The position numbers were made by a program, and so were the translations under genes. A stretch of 64,000 nt of DNA from an uncultured Nocardioides sp. Lineage in GTDB: Bacteria; Actinomycetota; Actinomycetes; Propionibacteriales; Nocardioidaceae. A model generated the notes under the pieces. That model saw only the letters and a program-made list of their open reading frames with translations, had not been told where the DNA came from and did not search any database. The stretch spans positions 13,814 to 77,813 of the forward strand of contig CAZKEZ010000001.1 in assembly GCA_964551905.1 (NCBI GenBank), in the 5' to 3' direction. This document shows, one piece after another, positions 1 through 12,500 of this stretch (positions are counted from its first letter, which is position 1; each line of letters starts with the position of its first letter).

Positions 1-2
1 CC

Positions 3-182
3 GTGTCCGGGCGGGTGCGCTGGGTGCGCGCCAGTGGTGCGGCCACGGCCGAGGTGACCTTCCGGGGTGCCGCCCGGGGGCACCTCACCCTGACCTGGAA
101 CACCCTCGACCGCCGGGGTCAGGCCACGGCCCGCGGGCGGATCGGCGGCGAGCCGGTGCGCCTGCGGATCACCGCACCCTGA
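3..182 (+). CDS. 3' end of a CDS entering from the left (product unknown)
   Basis: Open GC3-rich frame ...VSGRVRWVRASGAATAEVTF...GRIGGEPVRLRITAP ending TGA 180-182, convergent with cbs. Confidence 0.55.
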   Translation: MSGRVRWVRASGAATAEVTFRGAARGHLTLTWNTLDRRGQATARGRIGGEPVRLRITAP

Positions 183-188
183 CCCTGG

Positions 189-238
189 CGGACGTCATGC
201 GAACCGTGGAGACGGGTGCACCGTCCGGATGACGTCCG
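189..238. repeat. Imperfect palindrome (REP-like family A), probable terminator between convergent genes
   Basis: cggacgtcat...atgacgtccg arms; 39/46 identical to the reverse complement of the hairpin at 3726-3771. Confidence 0.6.
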
Positions 239-241
239 GGC

Positions 242-1645
242 TCAGGCTCCGGCGAGGAAGGCCAGCAGGTCCTGCCGGGTGAGTACGCCGACCGGTTTGC
301 CGTCCTCGTGGACCAGGACCGCGTCGGCGGACTCCAAGACGGCCACGGCCGCCCGGGCGGGCTCAGTGCTGCCGATCGTGGGCAGCGGCGCCGACATGTG
401 GTCCTCCACCCGGTCGGTGAGCCGGGCGCTCCCGGTGAACAGCGCGTCCAGGAGGGTGCGCTCCGACACCGAGCCGGCGACCTCGGCGGCCACGATCGGT
501 GGCTCGGCGCGCACCACCGGCATCTGCGAGACGCCGTACTCCTGGAGGATCTGCACCGCCTCGGCGATCGTCTCCGCGGGGTGGGTGTGCACGAGGTCGG
601 GAAGCATCCCGGACTTGCCGCGCAGCACCTCGCCGACGGTCTGCTGGTCCCGCGCTCCGTCGCCGACGACAAAGCCGTACTGCGCGAGCCACTCGTCGCT
701 GAACACCTTGGACAGGTAGCCGCGTCCCGAGTCGGGCAGCAGCACCACGATCACCGCGTCGTCGCCCTCGGGAGTGCCGGCCAGCTCCTCAGCGAGCTGG
801 ACCGCCGCCACTGCGGCCATGCCGGACGAGCCGCCGACGAGCAACCCCTCCTCGCGAGCGAGTCGCCGCGTCATCGCGAACGAGTCGGCGTCGGAGACCT
901 CGATGATGCGATCCGCGACCGCGGCGTCGTAGGCCTCGGGCCAGAAGTCCTCGCCCACGCCCTCGACGAGGTAGGGACGACCGCTCCCACCGGAGTACAC
1001 CGACCCGGCTGGGTCGGCCCCCACCACCTGGACCGCGGGGTTCCGCTCCTTCAGGTACCGCCCGGTGCCCGAGATGGTGCCGCCCGTGCCGACGCCGCAC
1101 ACGAAGTGCGTGATCCGGCCCTCGGTCTGCTCCCAGAGCTCCGGCCCGGTGGTCTCGTAGTGGGCACGGGGGTTGTTGGGGTTGGCGTACTGGTCGGGCT
1201 TCCACGCGTTCGGGGTCTCGCGCACCATCCGGTCACTGACGTTGTAGTAGGAGTCGGGATGCTCGGGTGCCACAGCCGTCGGGCAGACGACCACCTCGGC
1301 ACCGTAGGCCTTCAGCACGTTGCGCTTGTCCTCGCTGACCTTGTCCGGGCAGACGAAGATGCACCCGTAGCCCCGCTCCTGGGCGACCAGGGCCAGGCCC
1401 ACCCCGGTGTTCCCGGAGGTCGGCTCGACGATGGTGCCCCCGGGGACCAGCTCCCCCGACGCCTCCGCCGCATCGACCATGCGGACCGCGATCCGGTCCT
1501 TCACCGAGCCGCCCGGGTTGAGGTACTCCACCTTGGCCAGCACGAGCGGCCCCTCCCGCCCCGCCGGGGGTGAGCCCACGACCCGACGCAGGCGCAGCAG
1601 CGGGGTGTGACCGATCAGCTCCAACAGCGAGTCGACGTACTCCAC
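242..1645 (-). CDS. cbs: Cystathionine beta-synthase with C-terminal CBS domains
   Basis: PLP lysine motif NPGGSVKDR, EPTSGNTG, GVGTGGT, LPDSGRGYLSK; C-terminal CBS pair (VSQMPVV, GVLTRQDLL). Confidence 0.95.
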   Translation of the reverse strand: MEYVDSLLELIGHTPLLRLRRVVGSPPAGREGPLVLAKVEYLNPGGSVKDRIAVRMVDAAEASGELVPGGTIVEPTSGNTGVGLALVAQERGYGCIFVCPDKVSEDKRNVLKAYGAEVVVCPTAVAPEHPDSYYNVSDRMVRETPNAWKPDQYANPNNPRAHYETTGPELWEQTEGRITHFVCGVGTGGTISGTGRYLKERNPAVQVVGADPAGSVYSGGSGRPYLVEGVGEDFWPEAYDAAVADRIIEVSDADSFAMTRRLAREEGLLVGGSSGMAAVAAVQLAEELAGTPEGDDAVIVVLLPDSGRGYLSKVFSDEWLAQYGFVVGDGARDQQTVGEVLRGKSGMLPDLVHTHPAETIAEAVQILQEYGVSQMPVVRAEPPIVAAEVAGSVSERTLLDALFTGSARLTDRVEDHMSAPLPTIGSTEPARAAVAVLESADAVLVHEDGKPVGVLTRQDLLAFLAGA

Positions 1646-1731
1646 CGCTTCAACCTAGGGCACGAACGCCGTTCGCACGGCATCTCCGGAACCCGGCACC
1701 GGCTTGCCCACGCGTCCGTAGCATTGACGGC

Positions 1732-2781
1732 ATGGGGAAGGCGGCCGCCGCTCGCAGGCTGGCCTCCGCCGCGGCGTACGGCGGAGGCGGGCTCTCGCTG
1801 CTCGGCGGAGCCCTGTACGGCGTGCTTCGCGTCGAGGCGTCGTGGGCCCGGCGACTGATCGGGAACGTGACGGGCGAGCCCCCCGACGCCAGCGGCTGGT
1901 ACGGGCGACGCCGCCCCGGACCCGCGATCAAGATCGCCCTGCTCGGCGACTCCAGCGCCGCGGGCTATGGCGTGGATCGGGTGGAGGAGACCCCCGGCGC
2001 CCATATCGCCTCCGGCGTGGCCGAGGCCGCGGATCGCCGGGTCCACCTCCGTGAGTTCGCGAAAGTCGGCGCCCAGTCCGCAGACCTGGCCGTCCAGGTC
2101 GACCAGGCGCTGCCGATCCAGCCGGACGTCGTGGTGATCCTGATCGGCGCCAACGACGTCACGCACACCGTCTTGCCCTCGCACTCGGTTCGCTACCTGG
2201 GTGAAGGCGTCCGCCGGCTGCGCGCCGAGGGCGCCGAGGTGGTCGTCGGCACCTGTCCGGACCTCGGCACGGTCAAGCCGATCGTGCCGCCGCTCCGGCA
2301 GGTCGCCCGCTCCTGGTCCCGCCGACTGGCGGCCGCGCAGACCATCGCGACGGTGGAGGCCGGTGGGCGGTCAGTGTCACTGAGCTCCATCCTCGGTCCC
2401 GAGTTCGCCGCCGAGCCGCATGTGCTGTTCGGCCCCGACCGATTCCACCCCTCCGCCGACGGCTACCGCTCGCTCTCGGAGGTGCTGGTGCCGTCCGTGC
2501 TCGCCGCCTTGGGGGTGCTGCCGGACGAGGAGCTCGAGCTGGCCACCAGGCGGGGCGAGGCCGTGCTCCCGGTGGCGACCGCGGCGGTCCAGGCGGTGCG
2601 CAGCCCCGGCACCGAGCTCGACGGCACCGAGGTCGGCGGGGCGCAGCGCGGGCTGCGCGGCCGCTGGGTGCAACTGAGGCACCGGGTACGTCGGCCCCGG
2701 ACCGACGCCCAGGCGCCCGAAGCGACGGAATCCCCGGAGTCCGAGGACGCCGGGGATCCCGATCTCGAGCTTCAGCGCTGA
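1732..2781 (+). CDS. SGNH/GDSL hydrolase (Rv1075c-like)
   Basis: LGDSSAAG, IGANDVT, DRFHPS motifs; start reassigned to ATG 1732 (MGKAAAARR). Confidence 0.88.
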   Translation: MGKAAAARRLASAAAYGGGGLSLLGGALYGVLRVEASWARRLIGNVTGEPPDASGWYGRRRPGPAIKIALLGDSSAAGYGVDRVEETPGAHIASGVAEAADRRVHLREFAKVGAQSADLAVQVDQALPIQPDVVVILIGANDVTHTVLPSHSVRYLGEGVRRLRAEGAEVVVGTCPDLGTVKPIVPPLRQVARSWSRRLAAAQTIATVEAGGRSVSLSSILGPEFAAEPHVLFGPDRFHPSADGYRSLSEVLVPSVLAALGVLPDEELELATRRGEAVLPVATAAVQAVRSPGTELDGTEVGGAQRGLRGRWVQLRHRVRRPRTDAQAPEATESPESEDAGDPDLELQR

Positions 2782-2783
2782 GA

Positions 2784-3599
2784 TCACTCGCGCATGATGG
2801 CCAGGATCCGCAGCAGGTTGGTGTAGATCCAGACCAGGCTGACGGTCAGACCGAAGGCGGCCCGCCAGGACTCACGCTCCGGGAGCCCAGCCCGGATGCC
2901 GTTCTCGATGAAGTCGAAGTCCAGGATCAGCATGAACACGCCGAGCACCAGGCCGATGACCGCGAAGAGCAGGCCGGCGCCCCCGAACCCGAACAGCCCC
3001 AGGCCGGCGCCGAACATGGTAAGCACCATCTCCAGCAGGCCGAGAGCCACCATGCCGAACATGGCGGCGATCACGAACGTGCGGAACCTGGTGCTCACCT
3101 GGATGTTGAAGAACTTGTACGCGACCAGCGTGCCGGCGAACGCGGCGAACGTGCCCACGACCGCCTCCATCACGATGCCTTCGAACCAGGCCTCGAACAT
3201 CTTGCTGAACGCGCCGAGCGCGATCCCCTCCAGGGCGGCGAACGCGAGCACCAGGGCCGGGCTGATCACCCGCTTGAACGAGTTGACCATCGACAGGATG
3301 AACGCGCCGCCGGAGCCGATGATCAGGGCCGCGCTGAGCTGGGCCAGGTTCGCCTGGTTCGCGATGCTGCCGGTGGTCTGGATGTCACCGATGTAGAGCC
3401 AGGTGGCGATCGCGGTGGCGATGACGATGAGCAGGGTCAGTCCGGTCTTCTGGACCACCGAGTCGATCGTCATCCGTCCCGTGTCGACGACCTCACCGCC
3501 GGGCGTTCCGGTGCCCCAGGTCGAGGGGTCGGTATAGGGCTGCTCTGCGGTGCCATTGAACTCGGCGGACCGGTTGAACACCGGGTTGTTGCTGCGCAT
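2784..3599 (-). CDS. Bax inhibitor-1/YccA family membrane protein
   Basis: MRSNNPVF start, MTIDSVVQKT, about 7 hydrophobic helices, LDFDFIE...AAFGLTVSLVWIY. Confidence 0.88.
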   Translation of the reverse strand: MRSNNPVFNRSAEFNGTAEQPYTDPSTWGTGTPGGEVVDTGRMTIDSVVQKTGLTLLIVIATAIATWLYIGDIQTTGSIANQANLAQLSAALIIGSGGAFILSMVNSFKRVISPALVLAFAALEGIALGAFSKMFEAWFEGIVMEAVVGTFAAFAGTLVAYKFFNIQVSTRFRTFVIAAMFGMVALGLLEMVLTMFGAGLGLFGFGGAGLLFAVIGLVLGVFMLILDFDFIENGIRAGLPERESWRAAFGLTVSLVWIYTNLLRILAIMRE

Positions 3600-3722
3600 G
3601 TCTGGTCTCTCCTTGGAGGCCGGTGGTGGCACGTCACCGTGACGCCGCACCATGAGCCCCCGATCCTACCGGGGACTCGTGCTTTCCAACGTTCAAGCAG
3701 CCCCCACTGTTCCCACGGGCCC

Positions 3723-3774
3723 CGGGACGTCATACGGACGGTGCAGCCGTCTGCACCATCCGTATGACGTCCCG
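3723..3774 (-). terminator. 24-bp stem hairpin directly downstream of tRNA-Leu (REP-like family A)
   Basis: Arms 3723-3746 and 3751-3774, 4-nt loop; the only mismatch becomes a U-G wobble in the minus-strand RNA. Confidence 0.75.
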
Positions 3775-3778
3775 CGCG

Positions 3779-3855
3779 TGGTGCCCCCGCTGGGGGTCGA
3801 ACCCAGACTGAATCGCTTTTAAGGCGACTTCCTCTGCCGATTGGGATACGGGGGC
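3779..3855 (-). tRNA. tRNA-Leu(UAA), 77 nt, short variable loop, encoded CCA
   Basis: Reverse complement GCCCCCG-TATCCCAATCGGCAGAGGAA-GTCGC CTTAAAA GCGAT-TCAGT-CTGGG TTCGACC CCCAG-CGGGGGC-ACCA. Confidence 0.95.
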
Positions 3856-3875
3856 CCGCGCCGACGTTACCGGGG

Positions 3876-4703
3876 TCAGCGGGCGGCGGCGGCGCGACCG
3901 AGCACCTCGTCCAGCATGGCCGGCGTCAACCGCCCGGTGAACGTGTTGTGCTGGCTGGGGTGGTAGCACCCGATCAGCGTCATCGTGTGGTCTCCCTGGA
4001 CCAGTGGCACCTCGGCACCGTGGCCGAAGCGGGGCTTGGGCCGGGGTACGGCGTACCCGATCGCCCGCGCCGTCCGCAGGACCGCGTCCCAGCCGTAGCC
4101 GCCGAGGGCGACGATCACCCGCAGTGACGGCGCCAGGAGGGCCAGCTCCGCCTCGATCCACCCTGCGCACGTGTCGCGTTCGGCGATGGTGGGGCGGTTG
4201 GCGGGCGGGGCACAGCGCACCGGCGCCACCATCCGGGCGCCCAGGAGCCGCTGACCGTCGCCGGCGTGAACACTGGTCGGCGCGGCGGCCAGTCCCACCC
4301 GGTGCAGACTCGCGAACAGCCAGTCGCCGGAGGAGTCCCCGGTGAACACCCGGCCGGTCCGGTTGCCGCCGTTGGCGGCAGGGGCCAGGCCGACGATGAG
4401 CACCCGCGGCTCGGGATCGCCCCAGCCCGCGATCGGTCTCCCCCAGTACGGCTGGTCGGCGAAGGACGCCCGCTTCCCGTGCGCGACCTGCTCCCGCCAC
4501 TCCACGAGCCGAGGGCAGGCACGGCAGACCGACACCCGCGCGTCCAGCTCCGCCAACGTCGCGTCCCGGGTCAGGCGCCGGACCTCCGCGGGGCTCTCGG
4601 CCATCGGCGTCGCGGGAGTGGCGGGATCATCCGGCCAGCCGGTGCCGGGTGGCACCGGGCTGGGGAACAGCTGGCCGGTCACCGGGTGCGGCAACTGGGT
4701 CAT
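3876..4703 (-). CDS. udgB: Family 5 uracil-DNA glycosylase (Fe-S)
   Basis: [40 protein letters not shown]. Confidence 0.92.
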   Translation of the reverse strand: MTQLPHPVTGQLFPSPVPPGTGWPDDPATPATPMAESPAEVRRLTRDATLAELDARVSVCRACPRLVEWREQVAHGKRASFADQPYWGRPIAGWGDPEPRVLIVGLAPAANGGNRTGRVFTGDSSGDWLFASLHRVGLAAAPTSVHAGDGQRLLGARMVAPVRCAPPANRPTIAERDTCAGWIEAELALLAPSLRVIVALGGYGWDAVLRTARAIGYAVPRPKPRFGHGAEVPLVQGDHTMTLIGCYHPSQHNTFTGRLTPAMLDEVLGRAAAAR

Positions 4704-4717
4704 AAGCCCATCTTCGG

Positions 4718-5641
4718 CTACTCGGGCACCAGCGACCAGGCGATGCCGTCGAGGATGTCGGCCTCCGAGACGACGAGCGAGTCGACGCGGGTACGACGCA
4801 GCACGTTGTCGAGGATCAGGGCACCGGCAGCGATCACGTCGGCCCGTCCGGCGAGCATGTAGGGCAGCGCCCGCCTTTGCGCGACCGTCAGGGTCAGCAA
4901 CCGCTCGACGTGGGCGTGCACCGCCGGAAGCGGGAGTACCGCCTGGTCGGTGAGCGCGGCGTCGAACTGCGGAAGGTCGAGGACGCCGGCCGCCACCGTG
5001 ATGATGCTCCCGGCGGTTCCCACCACGGAGCTCGCCGCGGCGGGATCAACCGGGCTGCCGTCGAGCTGGGCCTCGATGTCGGCCACGCAGGAGGCTACCT
5101 CTGCGGCCGTCGGCGGGTCCGAGTGCAGGTGCCGCTCGAGGAGCCGGACCGACCCGATGTCGAGCGAGACCGCACCGAGGATCGCGTGACCGGGACCGTC
5201 GTGGTCGACCCGGCCCAGCACCAGCTCGGTGGAGCCGCCCCCGATGTCGATCAGCAGCACCGGATCGGGCACCGGGACCCGCAGGTGCCGAATGGCCCCA
5301 GAGAAGGAGAGCCGCGCCTCCTCGTCACCGGAGAGCACCTCCGGGTCGACGCCGAGGCGGGCTCGGACCCCGGTCGCGAACTCCGCCGCGTTCGAGGCGT
5401 CGCGAGTGGCGGAGGTGGCACAGAACCGGATCCGCTCCACGTCATGGGCGCGCACCAGGACGGCGTACTCGTCCAACGCCGCGAAGGCCCGCTCCAGCGC
5501 CTCGGGGGCCAGCCGCCCCGAGACGTCGACACCCTGCCCGAGCCGCACCAGGCGGCTCTCCCGCACCGACACGTCGGGCAGGTCCCCGATCAGCAGCTTG
5601 ATGGTGTTCGTCCCACAGTCCACCGCCGCGATCTCACCCAT
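4718..5641 (-). CDS. ppx: Ppx/GppA exopolyphosphatase
   Basis: [42 protein letters not shown]. Confidence 0.92.
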   Translation of the reverse strand: MGEIAAVDCGTNTIKLLIGDLPDVSVRESRLVRLGQGVDVSGRLAPEALERAFAALDEYAVLVRAHDVERIRFCATSATRDASNAAEFATGVRARLGVDPEVLSGDEEARLSFSGAIRHLRVPVPDPVLLIDIGGGSTELVLGRVDHDGPGHAILGAVSLDIGSVRLLERHLHSDPPTAAEVASCVADIEAQLDGSPVDPAAASSVVGTAGSIITVAAGVLDLPQFDAALTDQAVLPLPAVHAHVERLLTLTVAQRRALPYMLAGRADVIAAGALILDNVLRRTRVDSLVVSEADILDGIAWSLVPE

Positions 5642-6128
5642 CCCCCACCTCCACGCAGGGACCGGCCTCCCACCACGACCCCAGCCGCTCCAGGATCTCG
5701 TCTCCCAGCGGGTTCACGCCGGGCCCCTGGGCGAGGGCCTGGCCGGCGAGGACATGGAGGCACTTGACCCGGTCCGGCATCCCGCCGGCGGAGATCCCCG
5801 CGATCTCGGGCACCTCGCCGAGCTCGGCACGAGCCTGGAGGTACCGATCGTGGGCGCGCGCGTAGGCCGCCGCCAGCCCGGGGTCAGCGGCCAGCCGCTC
5901 GCTCATCTCACGCATCAGCCCCGAGCCCTCGAGGGTGCCGATCGCGGAGACCGCACGTGGGCAGGTGAGATAGAAGGTGGTGGGGAACGGCGTGCCGTCG
6001 GGCAGCCGCGGCTCGGTGGTCACCACGTCGGGAAGGCCACACCCGCACCGGTGGCCGACGGCATGGACGGCGCGGGGCGGGCGTCCGAGCTGGGCCTCCA
6101 CCGCGGCCAGGTCGGCACCCGAGATCAC
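5634..6128 (-). CDS. DUF501 family protein (Rv1025-like)
   Basis: QLGRPPR, RCGCG, PRLPDGTPFPTTFYLTCP, GGMPDRVKCLH; GTG 6128 overlaps the upstream stop. Confidence 0.88.
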   Translation of the reverse strand: MISGADLAAVEAQLGRPPRAVHAVGHRCGCGLPDVVTTEPRLPDGTPFPTTFYLTCPRAVSAIGTLEGSGLMREMSERLAADPGLAAAYARAHDRYLQARAELGEVPEIAGISAGGMPDRVKCLHVLAGQALAQGPGVNPLGDEILERLGSWWEAGPCVEVGDG

Positions 6129-6844
6129 TCCGACCCCGGTTCGATCTTCGTCGCCGGCGACCGGATCTTGTCCGCAGGTGGCGGCGTCTCCCGAGGCGGG
6201 TCCCCGGCCAGCTCCACCGATGCCCAGGCCGTCGTCCACCACGCCGTCGGCTCCTCCCGGACCACGTCGTCAGGGTCGTCGAGCTGGCTGGAGTCCGCGA
6301 GTGGCTGACCGTTCTCGTCCAGGACGACGAAGGACTTCTCCCCCGGCATGATGTAGCCGAACCGGGCTCGGGCCTGCTGCTTGACGTACTGCGGGTCCTT
6401 CCACCGCTGCTTCTCGGCCTCCAGGTCCTCGATGGCCGCGCGCCGCTGCGCGATCTGCACCTTGAGGCCCTCGATGTGGGAGCGCTGCTGCAGGTACGCC
6501 TTGAGCGAGGAGGCGTACGACACGGTCAGCACCGCCAGCACGAGCACCAGCACCGCCGCGCGGCCCGTGAGCCGCGGTCGCCGTCGCTCGGGCTGCGCCC
6601 GCTTGCGGACCGGCTGGACCGCTCGCAGACTGCCACTTCCCTCCGTGTGCTCGCGAACGGAGCCGGTGTCCGCACCGGCCGGTGCGGAGGTGTCGGTGTC
6701 GCCGGGGCCACGCTCCGCCGCGGGCTGCCGCCCGAGGCTCCCTCGAGCGGACGCACCCCGGCCACCCCGAGAGCCAGCAGCGCCGGCAGCGCCGGGGCCG
6801 CGGGAGCCGCCGGGCCCGGCCGCACGGGGACGTCGCTTGGTCAT
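6125..6844 (-). CDS. ftsB: Septum formation initiator FtsB/DivIC
   Basis: Single TM, coiled coil, W-DPQYVKQQARARFGYIMPGE; position downstream of eno. Confidence 0.85.
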   Translation of the reverse strand: MTKRRPRAAGPGGSRGPGAAGAAGSRGGRGASARGSLGRQPAAERGPGDTDTSAPAGADTGSVREHTEGSGSLRAVQPVRKRAQPERRRPRLTGRAAVLVLVLAVLTVSYASSLKAYLQQRSHIEGLKVQIAQRRAAIEDLEAEKQRWKDPQYVKQQARARFGYIMPGEKSFVVLDENGQPLADSSQLDDPDDVVREEPTAWWTTAWASVELAGDPPRETPPPADKIRSPATKIEPGSE

Positions 6845-6853
6845 CAGTCCAGG

Positions 6854-8176
<1,323 letters not shown>

Positions 8177-8232
8177 CTATCCGCGCGAACGCCGACCACG
8201 GCGGCGGCGCCCCGGCGGGCGAGCACCTCGCG

Positions 8233-8877
8233 CTACGGCACCCGGCGGCGGACCGCCTCGCGCAGCAGCTGCTCCGGATCCTCGCCCGCCGCGCGGGCCT
8301 CCACGACCAGGGCCAGCAGCCGCTCGCCGAGGTCTCCGTCCGCGATCGGAGCGACGGGTGTGCCGGCTCGGGCGAGCCGGTCGACCACCTTGTCGGCGTA
8401 CAGCAGCGCCGGCAGTGCCGCCGGGATGCCCTCGGTGGGGTGCCGACGGCCCTTCTCCTGGGCCTTGACCGACTCCCACAGCTCGTTCACCTCACGAGGT
8501 CCGAGCGAGCGGGTGCGGACGACGGACCCGAAGACGTGCGGGTTGCGGCTCCGGAGCTTGGTCGCCAGGCCGGTCACGACGTCGTCGAGAGTGAACTCGC
8601 CCGCCTCCTCGGCGACCACCGCGTGGAACCAGACCTGGAGCAGCAGGTCTCCCAGCTCCTCCTGCAGGTGGCCGGAGTCCCCGGACTCGATGGCCTCGAC
8701 GGTCTCGTGAGCCTCCTCGAGGAGGTACCGGACCAGCGACCGGTGCGTCTGCGCACCCTTCCACGCGCACTCCGCCCGCAGCCGGCGCATGAGCGCCAGC
8801 AGCTCGAGCAGGTGGGCCTGCGTGGCGAGGTCGGCCGGCCCTGGACGGTCAGCCGTCTCGTCGCCTGCCGCGGCCAC
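8233..8877 (-). CDS. mazG: MazG nucleotide pyrophosphohydrolase
   Basis: CAW-QTHRSL-YLLEE, EELGDLLLQVWFH, RNPHVF. Confidence 0.9.
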   Translation of the reverse strand: MAAAGDETADRPGPADLATQAHLLELLALMRRLRAECAWKGAQTHRSLVRYLLEEAHETVEAIESGDSGHLQEELGDLLLQVWFHAVVAEEAGEFTLDDVVTGLATKLRSRNPHVFGSVVRTRSLGPREVNELWESVKAQEKGRRHPTEGIPAALPALLYADKVVDRLARAGTPVAPIADGDLGERLLALVVEARAAGEDPEQLLREAVRRRVP

Positions 8878-8880
8878 CGC

Positions 8881-9585
8881 TCAGCCGCACCGCTGCGAGG
8901 CCGGCAGCGCCGCCGTCTGGGCCGCGGCCTGGTCAGAGTTCTCCGCCGTCCCGGCCCGGGCAGTCTCGCTGATCGGGAAGGACACGCCCGTCTCGGCCGA
9001 GGCGAAGGCACCCTCGACGAACTCCAGGCCGAACCGGGGGTCGATCTCCAGGGTGTGGGAGTCCGGCCAGCTCGCCAGGAGGTCCTGGCCGCGCTCGTCG
9101 ACCTGGCTCAGCTGCGGGTCGTCGAGCCCCTCGTCGGCCAGCGACCGGCGGGCGGCGGCGTCCAGGATCGACTGCACGTAGGCGGTGCTGGTGGCGACCG
9201 TGACGATGGTGTCGCGGGTCTCAGCCGGGTAGCTGGCGGCTTGGGTCGTGGCCTGGGACACGGCGCTCGCGTAGTCGCCGCCCGGCTCGACGTCGTACTC
9301 GTCGGCGATCTGGTCGGCGATCGATCGCCTCACCAGCCCGTCCAGCACCTGCTGGCGAGCCAGGCTCATCGGCAGCGGCTGCTCCAGCGTGTCCTCGACC
9401 GCGGTGCACAGCAGGGCGCTGTCCGCGTCGACGTCGGCCACCGTGATCCGGTCCTCGCCCACCTCCGCTGCGATCCCGGGCTGCAGTCCGGAACAGGCGG
9501 TCAGCAGCCCGACGAGGAGCAGGGGTACGACGGCCAGGCCGGCGCGGCGGCGCGAGCCCGGCGCGCGGAACGGGGGCGTGGTCAC
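8881..9585 (-). CDS. Lipoprotein, possibly SurA N-terminal-like
   Basis: Lipobox LTAC; AAEVGEDRIT and IDPRFG motifs; coupled to the mfd stop. Confidence 0.7.
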   Translation of the reverse strand: MTTPPFRAPGSRRRAGLAVVPLLLVGLLTACSGLQPGIAAEVGEDRITVADVDADSALLCTAVEDTLEQPLPMSLARQQVLDGLVRRSIADQIADEYDVEPGGDYASAVSQATTQAASYPAETRDTIVTVATSTAYVQSILDAAARRSLADEGLDDPQLSQVDERGQDLLASWPDSHTLEIDPRFGLEFVEGAFASAETGVSFPISETARAGTAENSDQAAAQTAALPASQRCG

Positions 9586-12500
9586 GACTGCTCCTTCTGG
9601 TCCTGCGGCTGCGGTGGGTCGATCACCGCGTCGATGACCGTCCGGGCCCATTCAAGCAGGGCCACCCCGTCGAGTGGACGTCCACCGATCACCGCCGTCT
9701 GCGGCCGCGGCACCAGGACCGAGCCGACGGCGGCCTTGACCACGCTCTTGGGGAACATCCGCTGCAGCCGCACGACCCGGGACTCGGGGAGCTCCACGGG
9801 GGCGAACCGGACGAACTTGCCGGCGATCGTGACCTCGGCGACTCCGGCCCGCCGGGCCCGTCCCCGGAACCGAGCGACCAGCAGCAGGGACGCCACCTCC
9901 TCCGGCGGGGTGCCGTACCGGTCCTCCAGCTCATCGCGCAGCTGGTCCACGTCCTCGTCCGTGCGCACCTCGGCAAGCCGCTTGTACATCTCGAGGCGAA
10001 GCCGCTCGGACGGGATGTAGTCGTGCGGGAGGTGGGCGTCGACCGGCAGCTCGATGCGCACCTCGCCCAGGTCTGCGGCATCCGAGTCACCCTTGAACTC
10101 CTGCACCGCCTCCCCCACCAGGCGCACATAGAGGTCGAAGCCCACGTCGGCGATGTGTCCGGACTGCTCGGCGCCCAGCAGGTTGCCGGCGCCCCGGATC
10201 TCCAGGTCCTTCATGGCGATGGCCATGCCGCCGCCGAGGTCCGAGTGCTGGGCCAGAGTGGCCAGCCGCTCGTGGGCGGTCTCGGTCAGCGGCTTCTCGC
10301 CGGGGTAGAGGAAGTAGGCATAGGCCCGCTCGCGGGAGCGCCCCACCCGCCCGCGCAGCTGATGCAGCTGGGAGAGCCCGAGGAGGTCGGCCCGCTCGAT
10401 GACCATCGTGTTCGCGTTCGACACGTCCAGCCCCGACTCGACGATCGTGGTGCAGACGAGGACGTCGAAGCGCTTCTCCCAGAAGTCCAGCATCACCTGC
10501 TCGAGCTGGTGCTCCCCCATCTGCCCGTGCCCCACCCCGACCCGGGCCTCGGGGACCAGCTCCCGGATCCGGGCGGCCGCCTTCTCGATCGAGTTCACCC
10601 GGTTGTGGATGTAGAACACCTGCCCGTCGCGCAGCAGCTCTCTGCGGATCGCCGCGACCACCTGGCGGTCCTCGTAGGCACCGACGTAGGTGAGCACCGG
10701 GTGTCGTTCCTCGGGCGGGGTGGTGATCGTGGACATCTCCCGGATCCCGGTGATCGCCATCTCCAGGGTGCGCGGAATCGGCGTGGCCGACATCGACAGC
10801 ACGTCGACACTCGTGCGCAGCCGCTTCATCTGTTCCTTGTGCTCGACCCCGAACCGCTGCTCCTCGTCGACGACGATGAGACCCAGGTTCTTGAGCCGGA
10901 TGTCTGGGTTAAGGAGCCGGTGGGTGCCGATGACGACGTCCACGCTGCCGTCGGCGAGGCCGGCGACCACCGCCGCGGCCTCGGCGTCGGTCTGGAAGCG
11001 TGACAGGGCTCGCAGCTCGACCGGGAACGCGTTCATGCGCTCGGAGAACGTGGAGAGGTGCTGCTGCACCAGCAGTGTGGTGGGCACCAGGACCGCCACC
11101 TGCTTGCCGTCCTGCACGGCCTTGAAGGCGGCGCGGACGGCGATCTCGGTCTTCCCGTAGCCCACATCGCCGCACACGAGCCGGTCCATCGGCACGGTCC
11201 GGCGCATGTCCGCCTTGACCTCGTCCACGGTGGTGAGCTGGTCCGGCGTCTCCACGAACGGGAAGGCGTCCTCGAGCTCGCGCTGCCAGGGGGTGTCGGG
11301 GCCGAACGCGTAGCCCTGAGTGGCCTGCCGTGCGGCATACAGCTTGATCAGTTCCGCAGCGATCTCGCGGACCGCTCGTCGGGCCCGACCCTTCCGCCGG
11401 GCCCAGTCCGACCCGCCCAGTCGGTCGAGCGACGGCTGCTCCCCGCCGACATAGCGGGTCACCTGGTCCAGCGCGTCGGCGGGGACGTAGAGCCGGTCGG
11501 GGGGTCCGCCGCGCCGGGAGGCGCCGTACTCGAGCACGAGGTACTCCCGCGTGGCTCCGGCCACCTCGCGCTGCCGCATCTCCACGAACCGGCCCACCCC
11601 GTGCTGCTCGTGCACGACATAGTCACCGGGCGACAGCTCGAGGGGGTCGATCTGCCGCTTGCGTCGGGCCGGCATCGCCCGCATGTCGCGCGTCGAGCCA
11701 CCGGCCTGTCCGGTGAGGTCGTCGCCAGTCACCAGGGCCAGGGACAGGGTGTCGTCGACGAACCCGTGCTGGAGGAGCCCGGTCATGACGACCACGACCC
11801 CGTCGTCGTCGATCGGGGCGCCGTCGTGGAGCCGGGCGGGCACGTCATGCTCCGCGAGCACCTCCACCGTGCGCTCGGCCAGGCCGGGCCCGGGCTGGAC
11901 GACCACGACCCGGAAGCCGTCTGCGAGCCAGCCCCGAGTATCGACGACTGCGCGCTCCAGGTCGCCGCGGTAGTGGTGCCCCGGGCGGGCCGGCAGGATC
12001 CGCGTCGGTGGCCCCTCGTCCGTGGCCTCGATGCCGGGGACGCCTTCGTGGTCGATGCCGAACGGGCTCACCGACCACCAGGGCAGGCCCAGGTCGAGCG
12101 CGTGCGTCCGGACGTCGGAGAGCGTCCGGTACGACGCCGCGCCCAGATCGATCGGAGCCGTCCCCCCGCCGGCGGCCGCCGCCCAGCTGGCGCCGAGGAA
12201 CTCCTCGCTCGTGGCCACCAGATCGTGGGCGCGCGTGCGCACCCGCTCCGGGTCGAGCAGCACCACCTGGGCTTCGGCGGGCAGTACGTCGACCAGCAGC
12301 TCCATGTCGTCGACGAGCACCGGCGCCAACGACTCCATGCCCTCGACGGCGATGCCGGCAGCGATCCGGTCGGTGAGCTCGACCAGCTGGGGGTGGGACC
12401 GCCCGAGCTCGGCCGCCCGGCGGCGCACGTCGTCGGTGAGCAACAGCTCCCGGCAGGGTGGCGCCCAGAGCCGGTCGACGTGCTCCAGGGTGCGCTGGTC

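Noticed and set aside
3779-3855. Short-variable-arm tRNA-Leu(UAA) as a novelty or bldA-type regulator
   Set aside because: A short form at this locus is known in other actinobacteria (e.g. mycobacterial leuX); no evidence here for TTA-dependent regulation
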